Shown: positions 1-15,258, counted from the stretch's first letter. The stretch: 64,000 nucleotides of DNA from Chrysomallon squamiferum (GCA_012295275.1 CM022670.1:13082001-13146000), one strand, 5' to 3'. Program-made: numbers and translations. Notes: generated by a model not told the origin, from the sequence alone.

Positions 1-905
1 AATGTGTTTAAATTGATGACTGTCGTTTATGTAAGACTCCGATGTCTTTAAGATTTCGGGTTTTCCTTAATAAAAAGAAGAAGAAGAAGAAAAAAAAAAA
101 AAATGAATGAAAAAAATGAATGAAAAAAAAAAGGAAAAAGGATAAAGCCTTTTAAACGACTGAAGTGACAGATTCAGAATTAAGTTTTTGAGTGGATATT
201 ATTAATTTATGGAATTTTTTTATATTATTCTTTTGAATTTAACATTCATAGTAAGTGCTTTTTAAAAGTAAATTCTTTTCTTCTTCTTTTTTTTTTTTTC
301 TCTGAATCATAAATCAGATTTAAAAAGTTCATAAATTAACAATTTGCTCTAGATTATGTGTATTTCGTAATTAAATTAGATGAGCTTATATAATCTTTCA
401 GTATTTATAATAACAATTATTATAAGAATAAGAAAGAAAGAAAGAAAACAAATGTAATTAAACAAGATATTTATAAATAATGCAAATAATGATTGTTATT
501 ATCGATATTAAAAGTAACGTACAACGTAATACATATGCACCACTAACGAAATAAACATTGTAGAATTAATTATTCACCATCTGATTACGTCATAAGCTAT
601 ATGTGACGTCTACGAGTGTCATAACAACAGGCATAATGATATTACAACTTTCCTGAAATCATATTAACCACCTGACTATGTTTATGTTATCAGCCAGGAT
701 TAGTGAAATGTAAAAACAGTGGATTAATCGGGATTAGGATGAAATAACATGAAACATATTTCGCAATATTTTTATGTCACTTTCAGTGTCAGAGTTGATA
801 CTGGATTTTCTTACAAAAGAATTTTTGTTAGGACATTTGAAGAAGTCCATATGTTATGATATGTCATATCTGGCATTTTTAATAACCCAGATCGTACATT
901 ATGTA

Positions 906-1034
<129 letters not shown>

Positions 1035-1791
1035 TACACATAAACATACATATATATATATACATATACTTGTTTATATTTCTCTCTTTCCCTCTAACTC
1101 CACTCACTGAGAAAGAGGTGTGTATTATTATGAATACAATTTTTTTTTAAATTCTCCAATTATTTTGATATTAATCAATTTATGGAGACGATGAAAACGT
1201 AGTAGAAATAGTAATGATAATATTATTAATAATAACAATAACAACAACAACAACAATAATAATAATATTAATTAATTAATTAATAAAAATTCACATTACT
1301 TAAAAAGAGAAAAATTACTTATCAATAGAAAAAGAAAAGAAAAGAAAAATGTGAAAAAAGAAAACCTCAAGCAAAAACAGTATATCTTTTCTACTGCAAC
1401 CTTTGACCTTTTCAGCATGCGCACTTTGACACTTTTTTTCTTCAAATGTCGTCATAACATGTAGTCTTTATCTTTAAAGGTTTATATCGAACTTTGCTGG
1501 TTTTGCACCTCGTCCCTTTGAAGTTTTTCGGTGACGAAAATTAGCAAACAAAACTTTAAAGGAAAATATCATCTTTGTATGTGTTTGTTAATCGTTGAAA
1601 GTTCCTGGTGCTTTGAGGGAAGAATGTCAGAGTACAACTTTTTTAAAACTCTGACATTTTGACCGAGTCCCTCTGAGCCAGAATAAAAAAAAAAAAAAAA
1701 AAAAAACAAACGTTGACATTCATCATATGGAACTTACAGTTTTTTTCTTTAGTTGTACAGGTCTGTTTGCTGATGACATTTTATTTATTTA

Positions 1792-1830
<39 letters not shown>

Positions 1831-2354
1831 TTTATTTTTTTTTTATCTTTTTCGTTTAGGGTATTTTTAAAATTTTTTTTTTTTTTTTTTTTTTTACTTT
1901 GAAATATTATTAGTATTATTACACCTTATTATTTATATTTCCTGTTTTGATAACAATTATTAGCAATGTCATTAATTACTGCTACTACTGCTGCTGCTGC
2001 ATTTTCTACTGCTACTACAACTGCAAATATTATTATTATTATTATTAAAACTATTTTTGCGGCCTTTTTTTTGTTTTGTTTTTTGTTTTTAGATTTTTTT
2101 TGTTTACTATTATTATTATTGTTGTTGTTGTTGTTGTTGTTGTCACTGTTTAATAATAAAATTTGAAATCAAAATTAAAATAATAAAATTATCATTATAT
2201 ATTTTCAAAAAAGGAAAATAAGAAATCAGCAGATAAAAGAAAGAAAAGAAAATTAACGAACATTTTTCAGGAAAATTTCCTTTACGAAAAGAACTTACCA
2301 TAGATAGATACATAGACAGAGAAGTAGAGAGATAGATAAAACTACCTACCTACC

Positions 2355-2425
2355 ATACATATACATACATACATACATACATACATACATACATACATAC
2401 ATACATACATACATACATACATACA

Positions 2426-2457
<32 letters not shown>

Positions 2458-2460
2458 CAT
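2355..2460. repeat. (ATAC)n tetranucleotide microsatellite
   Basis: Directly visible near-perfect run. Confidence 0.95.
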
Positions 2461-3550
2461 ATATAAATTTTAAAAATAATATTTATTTAGTACCCGTTGC
2501 CAAAAAAAAAAAAAAAAAAACCCCAGTAAACTATAGTTCAAAAAGCATTAGACAGTTTTAAGTTGACAGAAATGGGATAAACTATTACCTCAACAAAAAC
2601 AAACCTGACTTGATTTGTTTTATCTCGACACCGAAATTAAACCAGAAATCGAGCAGAAATGTAAAATTAAAAATCTAAATCACCTTTAATTGACGACTGA
2701 ACAAACATGGCTTCCTTTGATACGCAAGAAGCGCGTGTTTGCGAGCCGCGAAGCGTTTATCCGCTCGAGTAGTCTTCTTTTAAGTCAAATGTAAATCTTG
2801 CTACAAAAATTGTTATTGTTTGATTATAAATCAGAAGCGATCCTTTTGATGAAGGCGTACGACAAACTTGTCTGGAGGTCTGCTATCACATTAAAGGGTT
2901 AAAAAGAAAAAGAAAATTTAAGAAAAAAAAAAAAAAAAAAATAAGGCTATAAATTTATTAAACGGTTGCTCAGTATTACGTTCTTTGCCGAACTTGCACG
3001 AACTCGGTGGCAGACGGAACGTGATTACGTCTGCTCGTTCAATGGCTGCAGACGTCTGAAATATACAACGTCTGTATTACGAATTTTTTTTTTTTTTTTT
3101 TTTTTTTGTTTTGCCTTGGGGAAAGGCGGCATGGGTGAATAAATAATAGTGAATAATTAGCGGAAATGTGGCCGAAAAAACAATAATCAAAGATATATAA
3201 ATTATTTGTTATTATACAAAGAAAGAAGCAACCGAAAAATAAACGAAACAGAAAAATAAACAAATGGGGCAGATCCATAAAGCTGAAAATGATAGAAATT
3301 TAAAGCCAAATGATAAGAAGATTATCGGTGTTATAAATACAGTGTATATAACCGGTATGTTTCCAGCTGTTGTATTTTACTTGATAATTAGTCAAGAAAA
3401 ACGTTAATTTATAAATACACAAACATAACTGTTTACTTTTGAAATAATGTTAAAACTCAGATATTGTGTAAAAGTTTAAATTAATTAATTTTATTTTTTG
3501 TCCTTTTTCGACCTGCTTCATCAATATTTCGTCGTCTTCTTCTTCTTCTT

Positions 3551-3581
<31 letters not shown>

Positions 3582-4173
3582 TTATTATTATTAAAATCAG
3601 TGTTAAAAATTAACTATTAATTTATTGTTTGATTTTATTTATTTATTCATTCATTTAATTGGTGCCTCATAGGAAATTAATTATTAATAATTTTAACATT
3701 AAATAAAATATTTAGTTACTTGTAGTCACTGTCAGGTTCTTAATTCTTTCTTTTGTTAATTTTAGGTTGTTTCTCTGGTTCGTAACTTTTTTCTCTTTTT
3801 TTTACTTTTTTTTCGGTTATTATTATTATTATTTCTTTTGTTTTCTTTTTTTCTTCTTTTTTTTTTTTTTTTTAGATATATTATTTTTATTTTATCTTAT
3901 TATCATTATTATTATTTTATTTTTTTCGGATTTATTTTATTTTTTTTTTTTTCTAAGCCAATATCTATTTAATATTCATTAAAATTTTAACAGTTTAACT
4001 ATAGTTATCTAATTATTTTAATACATTTACCTGTTTATTATATTTATAATATGGCTTAATTATTTATCCAATTATATAATAATTCATTCAATTTATATTA
4101 TTTTATTTTATTCATATATAGCAGCCCTTACTTCTTTGACAACTGTGTAAATATGATATCATAGTTATCAATT

Positions 4174-4210
<37 letters not shown>

Positions 4211-4515
4211 AGTTATAATATTTCTTATAAACAATTAATTGCCTTTTTTCTTTCTTTCTTTTTTTAAAATAGTTTAGGTTTTCTACGAAATATACTCAAG
4301 ATTTTCAAGAATTCCTTATTTTGGATTTTAGTCATGTTTTCCTAAAATATATTTCTTACCAACACATTATCTGTCAACAATTATGATTCTCCAAATTTCC
4401 GACAAGACGTGAGTTCAGAAACGCTAAGGTCACGTAACTAAATCTAGCAGAACTCGAAATGTTTGAGACGCCGAAAAAGTAAGACATTATCCAGTAATCG
4501 CCCTGTCTCCATTAC

Positions 4516-4746
4516 CATTCACGATGAAATCTCACGAGATTTGGCGAAGGTATCTATGAAATTCTCTAGTCTCGTTCACTATCAAATCTCGTGAGAATTG
4601 TCGAAACTTCAATAACATTCTATATAATTTTATTCTTATTCATGTTTGAAATCTCGCGAGATTTGGCGTAAGTTCTATGATATTCTCAAATCCCATTCAC
4701 GTTCAATTCTCGCAAGATTTGACGAGGCTTCAATGACATTCTTTCT
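4516..4746. repeat. Four-unit ~57-65 bp minisatellite, each unit centred on a 16-bp palindrome (consensus AAATCTCGCGAGATTT)
   Basis: Palindromes at 4527-4542, 4584-4599, 4649-4664 (perfect) and 4705-4720. Flanks alternate in an ABAB pattern. Confidence 0.85.
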
Positions 4747-5348
4747 GTCTTGAAGAAAACGGCAGGGAAAAGGTCGAACAAACAACAAGTGAATTAAAAA
4801 TCATTTCAAGCATATTTTCTGAAAATACATATTATTATTGAGGGACATTCGTTTCATATCATTCTATAAATAATCTTTGATATGGATACAAGTACCACTG
4901 TGTTTGTAAGACACTGTTAAGGGAAGGTGGTGGTGATGGGAACTTGGTTTAGAAATATGAAGTTTTACTAACTGTTTATGTAATAAATGCAGTTTGACAG
5001 GACAGGGTTGTTTATGTTTTCGTTTCTTTTATCTTTCATTTACAAATTTTATTACTTTTATATATATATATATATATTTATATATATTTTTTTTTTTTTT
5101 TTTCCTTTGTTAAGTTTTGGAGGTACTTTTTTTCTCCCCATTATTAGTTTTGCTTTTTACTATTATTGTTATTGGGTTTTGGGATTGTTTTTTTTTTTTT
5201 TTTTTGTCGTCGTCGTTGTTGTTGTTGCTGTGGTGATGGTGTTTATTGTTTAAAAGCGTGTTTAATTATCTTTTAACCATTTTATTATATTTTTTATATT
5301 GTATTTTTTATTTTATTTACCATTTTATAATTTTTATATTTATTTATT

Positions 5349-5391
<43 letters not shown>

Positions 5392-6146
5392 AAGGTAAAA
5401 AACAACAACAACCAAAAACCCATATATAATACAGTTATATAAGTGCTGAATTGTAATCGCTAACAGAAGACAAAGGGTTAATGTCAGTAATTTTGTTCCG
5501 AGGCGCCGTTCGTCCGTGTTTCAGTTCGACTCGGGGGACTCGTTACATCCACCACAGCCGTGATTTAACAATTCACATACAAGTAAACCATAGACCACCT
5601 TTTAGACAACATACACACCTGAAGAAACATATATTTATGAAATAAATATATTTTAAACCATTTTTATTTGTTTGGTTATTTTTTTTTTTTTTTTTTCTTT
5701 TTTTTTTTTTTTGTTTTTTTTTGATTGTTTTTGTTTTTTTTTTTTTTTTTTTTGTTTGTTTTTTTTTGTTTTTTTTTTTTTTTTTTTTGTTTTTTTTTTT
5801 TTTTTCTAAACGCGTTAAAAGATCAATGAAATAAGTAAAAAATATATATATATAATAATAATTAATAATAATAAATATAATATGTAAAATTAATTAAAAT
5901 ACATTTAGGATCCAAAAAATTTATTTAAAAAAAAAAAAGAAAAAGAAAAAAGAAAGCTCAATATATAATATACATGGTTAATTATTATCTTTATTTGTTT
6001 ATTAATGTCCAGAGAGAGCAGAGAGAATAATCTCTTCCATCAGTGAATAATTAATGACAATTTCTATTGCTTATAAACGACGACAGCCTTAACGACGACA
6101 TGAAACGCTTTCCGCCATTTGCAATCGTTTCTTCGCGCATATGGTG

Positions 6147-6287
6147 TGACGTCATGTCACGTGATTAATACGAAAATATCTCGCCGCGACATCTGAGCAA
6201 ATACGGTAGCCGTAAATATGCGCGAATAACTCGCAAGACGTCTGACGGGCTATTTTCATTAGCGGAGATCTGAAAGGCCTATAAAAA
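6147..6287 (+). promoter_or_regulatory. Candidate Pol II promoter: CRE, E-box and TATA box in a CpG-rich island
   Basis: TGACGTCA at 6147-6154, TCACGTGA at 6157-6164, TATAAAAA at 6280-6287; locally CpG-rich. The target transcript cannot be determined from sequence. Confidence 0.4.
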
Positions 6288-6608
6288 TCATTTTCTCGTT
6301 TTGTCGTTGCAGAATGTGTCAGCTGCTATCAAAGAGCTCGGACGTGTGAGGCTAAGTGTGTTGTAAGTTTATTTTCCTGTAAACAAATCGTCGAGGTTCT
6401 CCGTGCAGAGTCCAGCCCTCGCTGCACGTGCGAAACTCCAAAGGGTTCGAGGAAGAAGAGAATGGCTTCAGAGGAAAAAACGGGTAAAAGTGGAAGTCTT
6501 TGTGAGCGCAAAAAAAAAAAAAAAAAAAAGAGTAAATTAAAAAACGATGTTGTTTTCTGTGTGATGATGCATTTGTCAGATTTTGGCATATTTCCTTTTG
6601 TATGTATG

Positions 6609-6696
<88 letters not shown>

Positions 6697-6967
6697 CATA
6701 CATACAGTATATGAGTATGTATGTAAATATATGTGTGTATAATATATACATATATGTATGATACACAATATCATCTGTTACCATACATTTCTTTTTTTTC
6801 TTTTTCACTATCTTTATAAAAACCAAAACGATAATAACTATGATGTTGATGATGATGATTATGATAATGACAATGAGCAATAATTATAAGTTTAGACATT
6901 ATTTCTTTCCTACTTCTTCGTCGACTTCTTTTATTATTATTGTTACTATTACTATTATTTTATTATT

Positions 6968-7008
<41 letters not shown>

Positions 7009-9027
7009 TATTATTATTACATGTGTATGTGTATCAAATAAATTACTTTCATGTATCAAGTTTGTTAACTATCGCGTTATGACATAAACAAAAAAATTCT
7101 TTTAAACATCAAGCAGTAAAAAAAAAAAAATAGAAATACAACCAAAATATAAACAACAAAACTAAGATTAATTATATCTATTACAGTATATATGCAGTGG
7201 TTTTACACGCCAGTCTGATGACGTCATTAGCTGTCGAGTTTTTGTGTTTGATATGGAGTATGGGACAGGTGCTGTTACGCTCGCCCTAAGAATTCTGAAT
7301 CTGACGTTACAAATAAAGACTCATGTAGCGTCAGAGCCGGCACACGGCCAAATAGCCATTCTCCGCATTGTTATGTGTGTGTTTCCGCTCGTTTAAACAG
7401 CTCTGCTAATTGCGCGTGAAGACTTGCGAGACCCCAAATCTGTTAGCCTGTAATGAAGTCTTCTGGCGATGCTGCTAATGCGCATGTGCTAAAGTCATTC
7501 GAAACTAAATAATTGCTATCTTTACGTGTGCATATTTTCACTTCTGCAAAACGGAGCAGAAGTCAAAACGTCCATATTGAATCGCGAACAGCTGCGGTGT
7601 ATTTATGTGGCTTTTTTTTTCCTTCTTCTTCTTCTTTTTTTTTCCCTCTTTTTTTTTTTTTTCTTCTTTCTGTATTAAATGGAATATGCAAACGAAAGAT
7701 ACAAATGGATAAGCTGTAAAACTGCAGATAAAAGCATTTCACGCGCTGTTTTCCGCACGCGTGACTCACTTCTGTCAATTTGAAACCACCGCTTTAAACT
7801 CCAGTAATCGTATCCTAACTAATAATAATAATAATAATTTAATTTGATTTTAAAATATAACAATTAAAAATCCGGGTGCACCATAATTCTTCTCTCAGTA
7901 AAATTACCATCAGAAAGAAAGAACACACACCCACAAATGCACAGACACTCACTCACACACACACAATGGGAAAAAGTGAAAAACGATTTACATATCTTAT
8001 CTCTAATTTTTTGTTGTTGTTGTTTGTTTGTTGTTGTTGATTTTTGTGGGGGTTTTTATTTTTTATTTTTTTTTTTTTTTTTTTATTTTTTTTGTCTTCT
8101 TATGATGACGATAATGACAGTACATAAATTATTAAATGCAGATTATAAAAAAAAATTTACGAAAGAGGAGTTTTTCTTGGAACCGCGTATATATTTCTCT
8201 ATCACCGCTTGATTAACCAACTTACACGGTTGTTTGGTAATTCGCTGGCATGCACGTGCATATTATGTTTCTGCGCATGTATAGCGAGAGCCCGCAGACG
8301 TTTGATATATATATTTTTAAAGAAACTCCCCACCTGTTGTTTATGGCAAAGCGCGAAATTAATATAACAACAACTGGGAATTTCGGTCGCTTCAAACAGT
8401 TTGTAGAATTTCCATTCATCTTCCAGAACTGATTACCAGAAGGGGCTCGGATGAATAACGTGGACTTTACATACAAGCTGACATACATACAGACAGTGGG
8501 AAAGACAGACAAAAACTGCTAGAAGTTCCATTGAACTGAACGGATAAAAAGCCTAAATATGTGTTTGTGTATTTCCAGGTGTCTGTTTTATTTGTACAAT
8601 AATAAAGTATGACAAAAATGACAAAATGTTCATTTTACTATATTATTGTTGCTTTTGTGTTGTTACTGTAGTGGTTATTGTTGGTAGAAGAAGTAGTAGT
8701 ATTGTTGTTATTGTTAATACTAGCAGTAGTAGTAGTAGTAGTAGTAGTAGTAATAGTATCATCGTCATCATTATCGTTATTATCATTATCATTATAAAAC
8801 AGAAACCTGGGATGTTTTCTACTATTACAAAACAAAACAAAACCATATATATATATATATAAGTTTACATACTAACACAAACGTTTTTCTTGTTTATTTC
8901 TCTTCAGCTACCCGCTGATCAAAGACTTTTCTTTTCCTAAGTATAAAAATCCGAAATTCAACAATCAGTTTTGATCGTGTTGTTTTTTAATAAAAATATA
9001 TTCACTGTTTCTAAAATATCAAAATTC

Positions 9028-9069
<42 letters not shown>

Positions 9070-9084
9070 TCACACACACAACAA

Positions 9085-9115
<31 letters not shown>

Positions 9116-9486
9116 GATATTATCAATACAGTCCAAGCGAGACAACTCATGCTGCCTTATAAAATCTTATAACAGCATTTGCTTCTTTCTTCGTCTTTTT
9201 TATGGTAATTACCCAGTACTTCTGTTTTCAGATACAGCAGATAAGTCCAATTTTAACAGTATCAAATATATTTTGTTATATACATCTTTTTCTTGTATCT
9301 ATCTATCTATCTAACTATCTATCTGTCTGTCTGTCCATGTATCTACGTATCGATCTATTCATTCATTTATTCATATTTATTTTCCGCTATGTCTATTGAG
9401 AGCGGATTTTTCTCAGTGAAATAGTCTTTGCCCGATGCGCTTGGGATTGCAGGATCGAACATTAGAAGGCGCGTGTATTTTGGGGT

Positions 9487-9521
<35 letters not shown>

Positions 9522-9728
9522 TTATAGTTAGAACCAGAGCATCGTGACTGTAATATAAACCGAGTATTTTCAGTTCTCTTGACTGATGAAATATGCATAT
9601 AAACGAATATAACTGATAACTGATAACAGAATACTCTTGTACCAGTAGTGTATTTTGTTATTGTTATAATTATCATCCCCATCATCATCATTTTCTGCAT
9701 TATTATCTGCATTATCGCTATGATGATG

Positions 9729-9772
<44 letters not shown>

Positions 9773-11680
9773 CATCATCATCCTCCTCATTATTATTAAT
9801 GTCAGAATTATCATTATGCTTGTTATTATTATCATTGTTGTTGTTGTTGTTGTCGTTATTATTATTATTAATAGCCTTGTTTTCGTTTTTTTTTTTCTAT
9901 TTTTTCATAACTTTACTGCTTGTACACAATAACTATTTTATCCCAACCATTTTACCATCTATGTCCCTACATTTTTTTTAAATTCGAAATGCAGACTGTG
10001 TGTTATTTTAATTCGAACATAATATTTTTATGCTGATTTCTCTGTTAATTCGATATACAGCTCTGCCATGACAGCTGTATTCTGTGGAAATTAGCTGTCA
10101 AAAATTAAGGTTTCGCTGGTAGAAACTAATTAAATTCTCAGCAAATGTCAACAAAATAAAGGTTTCCACTAACATGTGTTACAGCGAACACAGAGGACGG
10201 CACTTGTACTGTTTCCATTCTTCAGTACAACGCTGAGCGTTGTGTCCACGGCTCAAGCGTTCATTTAACGTGTGAAGGATTGCGAGGTCTATCCTCCTGA
10301 TACGCCCACTGGGATATCTCCAAATCCTGACAGTGCCCCGGCAATGTCTTTGTTGAAGACACTGGTATGGACGTTCTTGCAGATACATGTGAAAGAAGCT
10401 TTGCTGATAACTGGATGAATGGTGCATTAAGAAACGTCAGCTCCTTTCATTTTCCAAAACCCCAAAATGCTAATAATTAAAAGCAATAAAAGGGCTTATT
10501 CTATACTGGACAAAAATATTTGTTTTTGGTTTTATTTTATTTCTTTGTTATTATTATTATGGCTGTGTTATTGCTACTACTACTACTACTACTACTACTA
10601 CTAAGATCACTGCTACAAATATTATCACTACAGCTATTATTTTTTTATTATTATTATTGGTGTTATTATTGTAAACAAATATTTATATGCATATTCACAG
10701 ATATAATTAAAAGAACATAGACATCATTAGTAATAATTAATCACTTAAATACAAACTTCTGGTTAATTTTGGTAAAAAAACACCCCAGAAAATACGAGAT
10801 ATAAATATGAATTAACTAGCGTGCGTAAATCATCTTAATCTCTATTAATCTCTCTATTTTAATAATTAATAAACACTAACAATGTGTGCTTGTTCTCTTT
10901 GCTTCTCTATTTTGATCATATTAATGACATTGTCTGTCTTTTGCTTATATGTTAATCATATTTCATATTCGCAGTGTGATTTTTACATCAATTCAACTCC
11001 CTCTTCTGTTCTTCTTAATACCTATTACAAATACATGAATACATACACGGAATTCATACGTGCACACATGCATACATACCTATTTATACACAGGTGTACA
11101 TTTACCTACTCCAATGATAATAAATACACTGCATATAGACCCAACCACCTGCAGTAAACACAATTAATAACTTATTTAACTTTACCAGCAGATACACTTT
11201 GCACTCTTGTGCATTAATCACAAACCCGAATATTACAAGCACGCATTTGTACGATATGTCCCTGTACTAATAATAAACCCTGTAAAAAAAACACAGCAAA
11301 AAAACAACAACAAGCATACAACCATATCCTAACAGCTTCGCCCATATCGCTCTGCATATTACAATTTAACAGCGCCGACGCTTTTTTAATAGACAAACTG
11401 AAATGAATCTTTCGTGTCCCGGGTCAAGAAACAAACTGACTTTGTGTCGTTGTCAATATACACTAACACTTTGACCGCGGTCACGCGATATACTGGGTTT
11501 TTTTAATCTGCTCTCAGCACTGGATCGATTATTGCATTATTTAATCAACATTTTTACCAACCTATAGCCTCTCCCAGGGCGAACTGTCACCCATCATTTG
11601 TTTAGGCCACTGTAATTTATTTTGATGTTATTCTTTTTACAGGCATGGTGTTAGATGTGTGTTTATTTGTGCCTTTATAT

Positions 11681-11760
<80 letters not shown>
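11681..11760. repeat. (TTAG)n microsatellite
   Basis: Directly visible tetranucleotide run; not TTAGGG or TTAGG. Confidence 0.95.
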
Positions 11761-11763
<3 letters not shown>

Positions 11764-13323
11764 TAGTTTTAGTTAGTTAGTTTAGTTTAGTTTAGTTATT
11801 TCTATATTTATTTATTTATTTATTTATTTATTTATTTTATTTATTTTGTATTTTTATATTTACTGTTATTATTTATTTATTAGCACTACTAGCAGATACC
11901 GATGAAATTAAATATTTACACTGGATGTAAATTTAGTTTGTATTTTAGCAGGATAATTGTACGTAGTTATAGCCTAAACTAACGTATATTATGCATTCCT
12001 AACAAACAAATAAATAAATGAAAAGACAAGCACAAAGACACATATCTAAAACATGATGGACTGACTGCAGGATCGATCCTCCGCATCTGTTTCCTGTCTC
12101 AGCCCTGGCCTGCTTCATCAGATGAGTGTGGAACCAGTCAAACAATAGTAAGAAGTAGTCCGTTTCCTTTCGTTTGTCAGCACTGTCGTTGACCAAAGAA
12201 TTTAAAAGACGTGACGAGTAGGTCGATAAGTAAAACATTTGCTTCTTTCTCCCGTCTTCCTCGCATGAAAAACATGGCACAAATTGGTTTGGCCTTAATA
12301 ACTTCACACCGCCTGTTCCGTTTAGCAAACTGGATTATGTATTCAAGTTACGCACAAAGTATGAAGAACGATAACCAATAATAAAACGATTGTTGTCAGT
12401 CTGTGAAGCAAATAAACCTTTTGTGCCCTCTTTGTTGCCAGTACTTTATGACTGCAAAAAAAAAAAAAAAAAGTCTGATTTACATGAGTGGTCACCCTTT
12501 TAACAGCGCCACCCCCACCACACTCCTGTGCAGACTAATATGGTAGCTATGGTTACATAAGTCGTGTCGATTAGAGTAAGAAAGCGTACTAACATTTACT
12601 GTTTCTTACTTCCCCAGCACACTCGATATGTTGCTGCTGAGATGACGAATAGCGAATTATTACGTTCTAAAACACCGGATTATCGTTTTGGGGATATAAG
12701 CCGGATTAGATGTGTGTGGTTTTGATGGATTATCCAACTGGCGGAATTAGCATTCTATTATTATAGAGCACGAACAAGTTTTCCTAGCTCGGGAGAAATC
12801 AGTTCATTAAATGAAAAACGCCTCTCGAGGTAATGGAGTTAAACACGGAACAGAGTCATAAAATATGTTTTTTTTTATATAATTCTACAGCCGTAGCAGT
12901 TAATAATAAGGTGCATTTTATGATTTTTACTGCTAGCGCTTGCTGACTAACGTTGTTGTTATTGCCTTATTATACATTCGGCGCCCTTCCGAGAAAGAGA
13001 GAGTTCGTTTTAAAAAAGCATCAACGTTAAGTGAAAATAACTTGCGAATTCATTTCCCTTTGAAAAAAAATGTATTTCACGAAAACCCACAAAGCAGAGT
13101 GAAAAAAAAAGCTGAGTTCTGTATATTTGTTAACAGAAAACATTTCGAATTCAGACAGAGTAAAAATTTTCGAAGAAAATGTTTTGGAATTCTTAAGACC
13201 AGAAACATTGAGGGAAAAACGTCAGTGTAAAAATTTCGTGCCTCGTTGGATAAAACACCGTAAAAAAATCAAGAAACGGAGATCGCCTTGTGAATTTCAC
13301 GATTTAACATTTTTTTTCGTGAA

Positions 13324-14478
13324 ATGAATCTCCCACCACCTTCTACGAAACGGCTCATCAAAACCGCGCTGCACCAGGCCATTCTGGACTGTCGTCTTCA
13401 CCAGGTGAGACTTCTAGTGTTGAAACATGGCGTCAACATCGACAGTCGCGACATCAACGGACGGACGCCTCTCATGCTGTCGTGCATGATAGCAAACTCT
13501 GAGTACGCTTACAAGATGGCGAAGATCCTCCTGAAATCCGGAGCTCTGCTAAACGTGAAGGACAACATGCAGAGAACTGCCCTCAGTTACGCGTGCATGA
13601 ACGGACGAGAAGGAATAGTCGGAAGGATTTTAAAAGAAGACGTCCTCGACATCAACGAACCAGACACCGACGGCAACACGCCGCTGCATCACAGCACGTT
13701 GAGCGGCAACCCGAGAATAGTGGAAATGCTAGTGGAGGCTTTCAAGAAATTTGGCCTGAACGCCGACAGGAGGAACAACCTCGGCTACACGGCCCTGCTT
13801 CTCGCGTGTAAATACGGCCACTACGTGTCGGCGCACATCCTCCTCACGAGGATCCACGCCTCCCCGACCCTGAGGGACGGGGAGATGTACCTGAACGCCG
13901 CGGACTGGACTCGCAGGAGTCACGACGTCAGGATGACGTTACAGAACACGATCCGACGGTCGCTGACCTTCGAAAGAGAGCCCACTCAGCACACGCTGTC
14001 GTTTTCCAGGGAGTCGTCCATGTACCAGCAGTCGTTCACTCCAGTCTGCAACCACGCCAAGTCGCAGAAGAACCCTCTCCGCTGCACCATCGGCTCGGTG
14101 CTGAAGCTTCCCGCGCTGTTCGACCTGCCAGTCAGCGACAGCGACAGAAGCGAGGTGTTCATCGACGGGCTGGAAGCCAGGCAGGTGCTGCTGAACGAGA
14201 TCACGGACACGGAGTCCAAGCAGAGGCCTTTCTCGACGAAAACCACCAACACGAGGTGGGCGCATCCGTCCACCGCTAAACTGATGTCGCTGGGGAGGCG
14301 AAGCAAAACCTCCGTGATTCCTGACATGGTGACGTTGTTTAGAATATACTCAGAACAGTACCAGCCGGACTGGAAAAAATACCAGAGAAATGAGAGAAGA
14401 GTCGCTCTTGTGTCGTCAGTCGACACGACGTCCGGAATCAGCGGTGAACTTCCGCCTTTGGACGCGCATGCGCCGTGA
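13324..14478 (+). CDS. Ankyrin-repeat protein, ANKRD63/ANKRD34-like, single coding exon, 384 aa
   Basis: GC-rich uninterrupted ORF with about five N-terminal ankyrin repeats (GRTPLMLSC, RTALSYAC, GNTPLHHS, GYTALLLAC). The segment AFKKFGLNADRRNNLGYTALLLACKYGH resembles the vertebrate ANKRD63 region as I recall it. AATAAA at 14899-14904. The ankyrin call is secure; orthology is not. Confidence 0.9.
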   Translation: MNLPPPSTKRLIKTALHQAILDCRLHQVRLLVLKHGVNIDSRDINGRTPLMLSCMIANSEYAYKMAKILLKSGALLNVKDNMQRTALSYACMNGREGIVGRILKEDVLDINEPDTDGNTPLHHSTLSGNPRIVEMLVEAFKKFGLNADRRNNLGYTALLLACKYGHYVSAHILLTRIHASPTLRDGEMYLNAADWTRRSHDVRMTLQNTIRRSLTFEREPTQHTLSFSRESSMYQQSFTPVCNHAKSQKNPLRCTIGSVLKLPALFDLPVSDSDRSEVFIDGLEARQVLLNEITDTESKQRPFSTKTTNTRWAHPSTAKLMSLGRRSKTSVIPDMVTLFRIYSEQYQPDWKKYQRNERRVALVSSVDTTSGISGELPPLDAHAP

Positions 14479-15177
14479 ACACAACGTTGCGATCTCTTTC
14501 ACTTTCTTTTTCTTTTACTGAATCTTCTTCTTCTTCTTCGATTTTTTTTTTTTTTTTTTTTTTTGTAATTGTTTTGCTTCTTCTTCTTAGTATTATTATT
14601 ATTCTCTTTTATATTTTTCAACTTATTCTCTCTCCAGGTTTCTTTTTATTCTTCTTTTTCATTCTCAGTACTCTAATCTTTGCTGACTGTATTTTTAAGG
14701 TTTTGATAAACAAAAATGATCATATATGTGTTCGATTTGTATGTTTATATTTTATTTATTAATAACTTTAAAATGTGATATGTTGACAATATTTATATGT
14801 GGATGTTGCAATATACATCATTTATGTCGGATTTTAAAAATACTTAAATTAACTTTTTTTCTTTTAAATGCTCAGCTGTAACAATACTAAACATTTTAAA
14901 TAAAGTGTTGAAGTAAATCCTTAATTTTATTTCTTGCTAAAAATAATGTGCTTTCTTGTCTACGTCTTACTGATTTTATTTTGTTATTAATTGGTTACTA
15001 CATATATCCATACATTTTATTATTACAACTACTTCTATTGTTAATGCTTCTACTGCATCAACCACTGTTACTACTACACTGTACTACTACTACTGATACT
15101 ACTACTGCTACTACAACTAAAACTACTTCTACTTCTATTTTTATTGTTATTATCACCTTCATCATGTCATCATCATC

Positions 15178-15258
<81 letters not shown>

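Noticed and set aside
4516-4746. CRISPR-like appearance of regularly spaced palindromes
   Set aside because: The intervening sequences are related to each other (ABAB), the context is eukaryotic and there are no cas genes.
10179-10440. GC-richer stretch with an 82-aa minus-strand ORF
   Set aside because: No recognisable protein motif in the frames I translated and no clear splice context; left unassigned.
11681-11760. Possible interstitial telomeric repeat
   Set aside because: The unit is TTAG, not TTAGGG or TTAGG.
13593-14426. Overlapping ORFs within the ankyrin gene
   Set aside because: Expected by-products of GC-rich coding sequence; no recognisable motifs.
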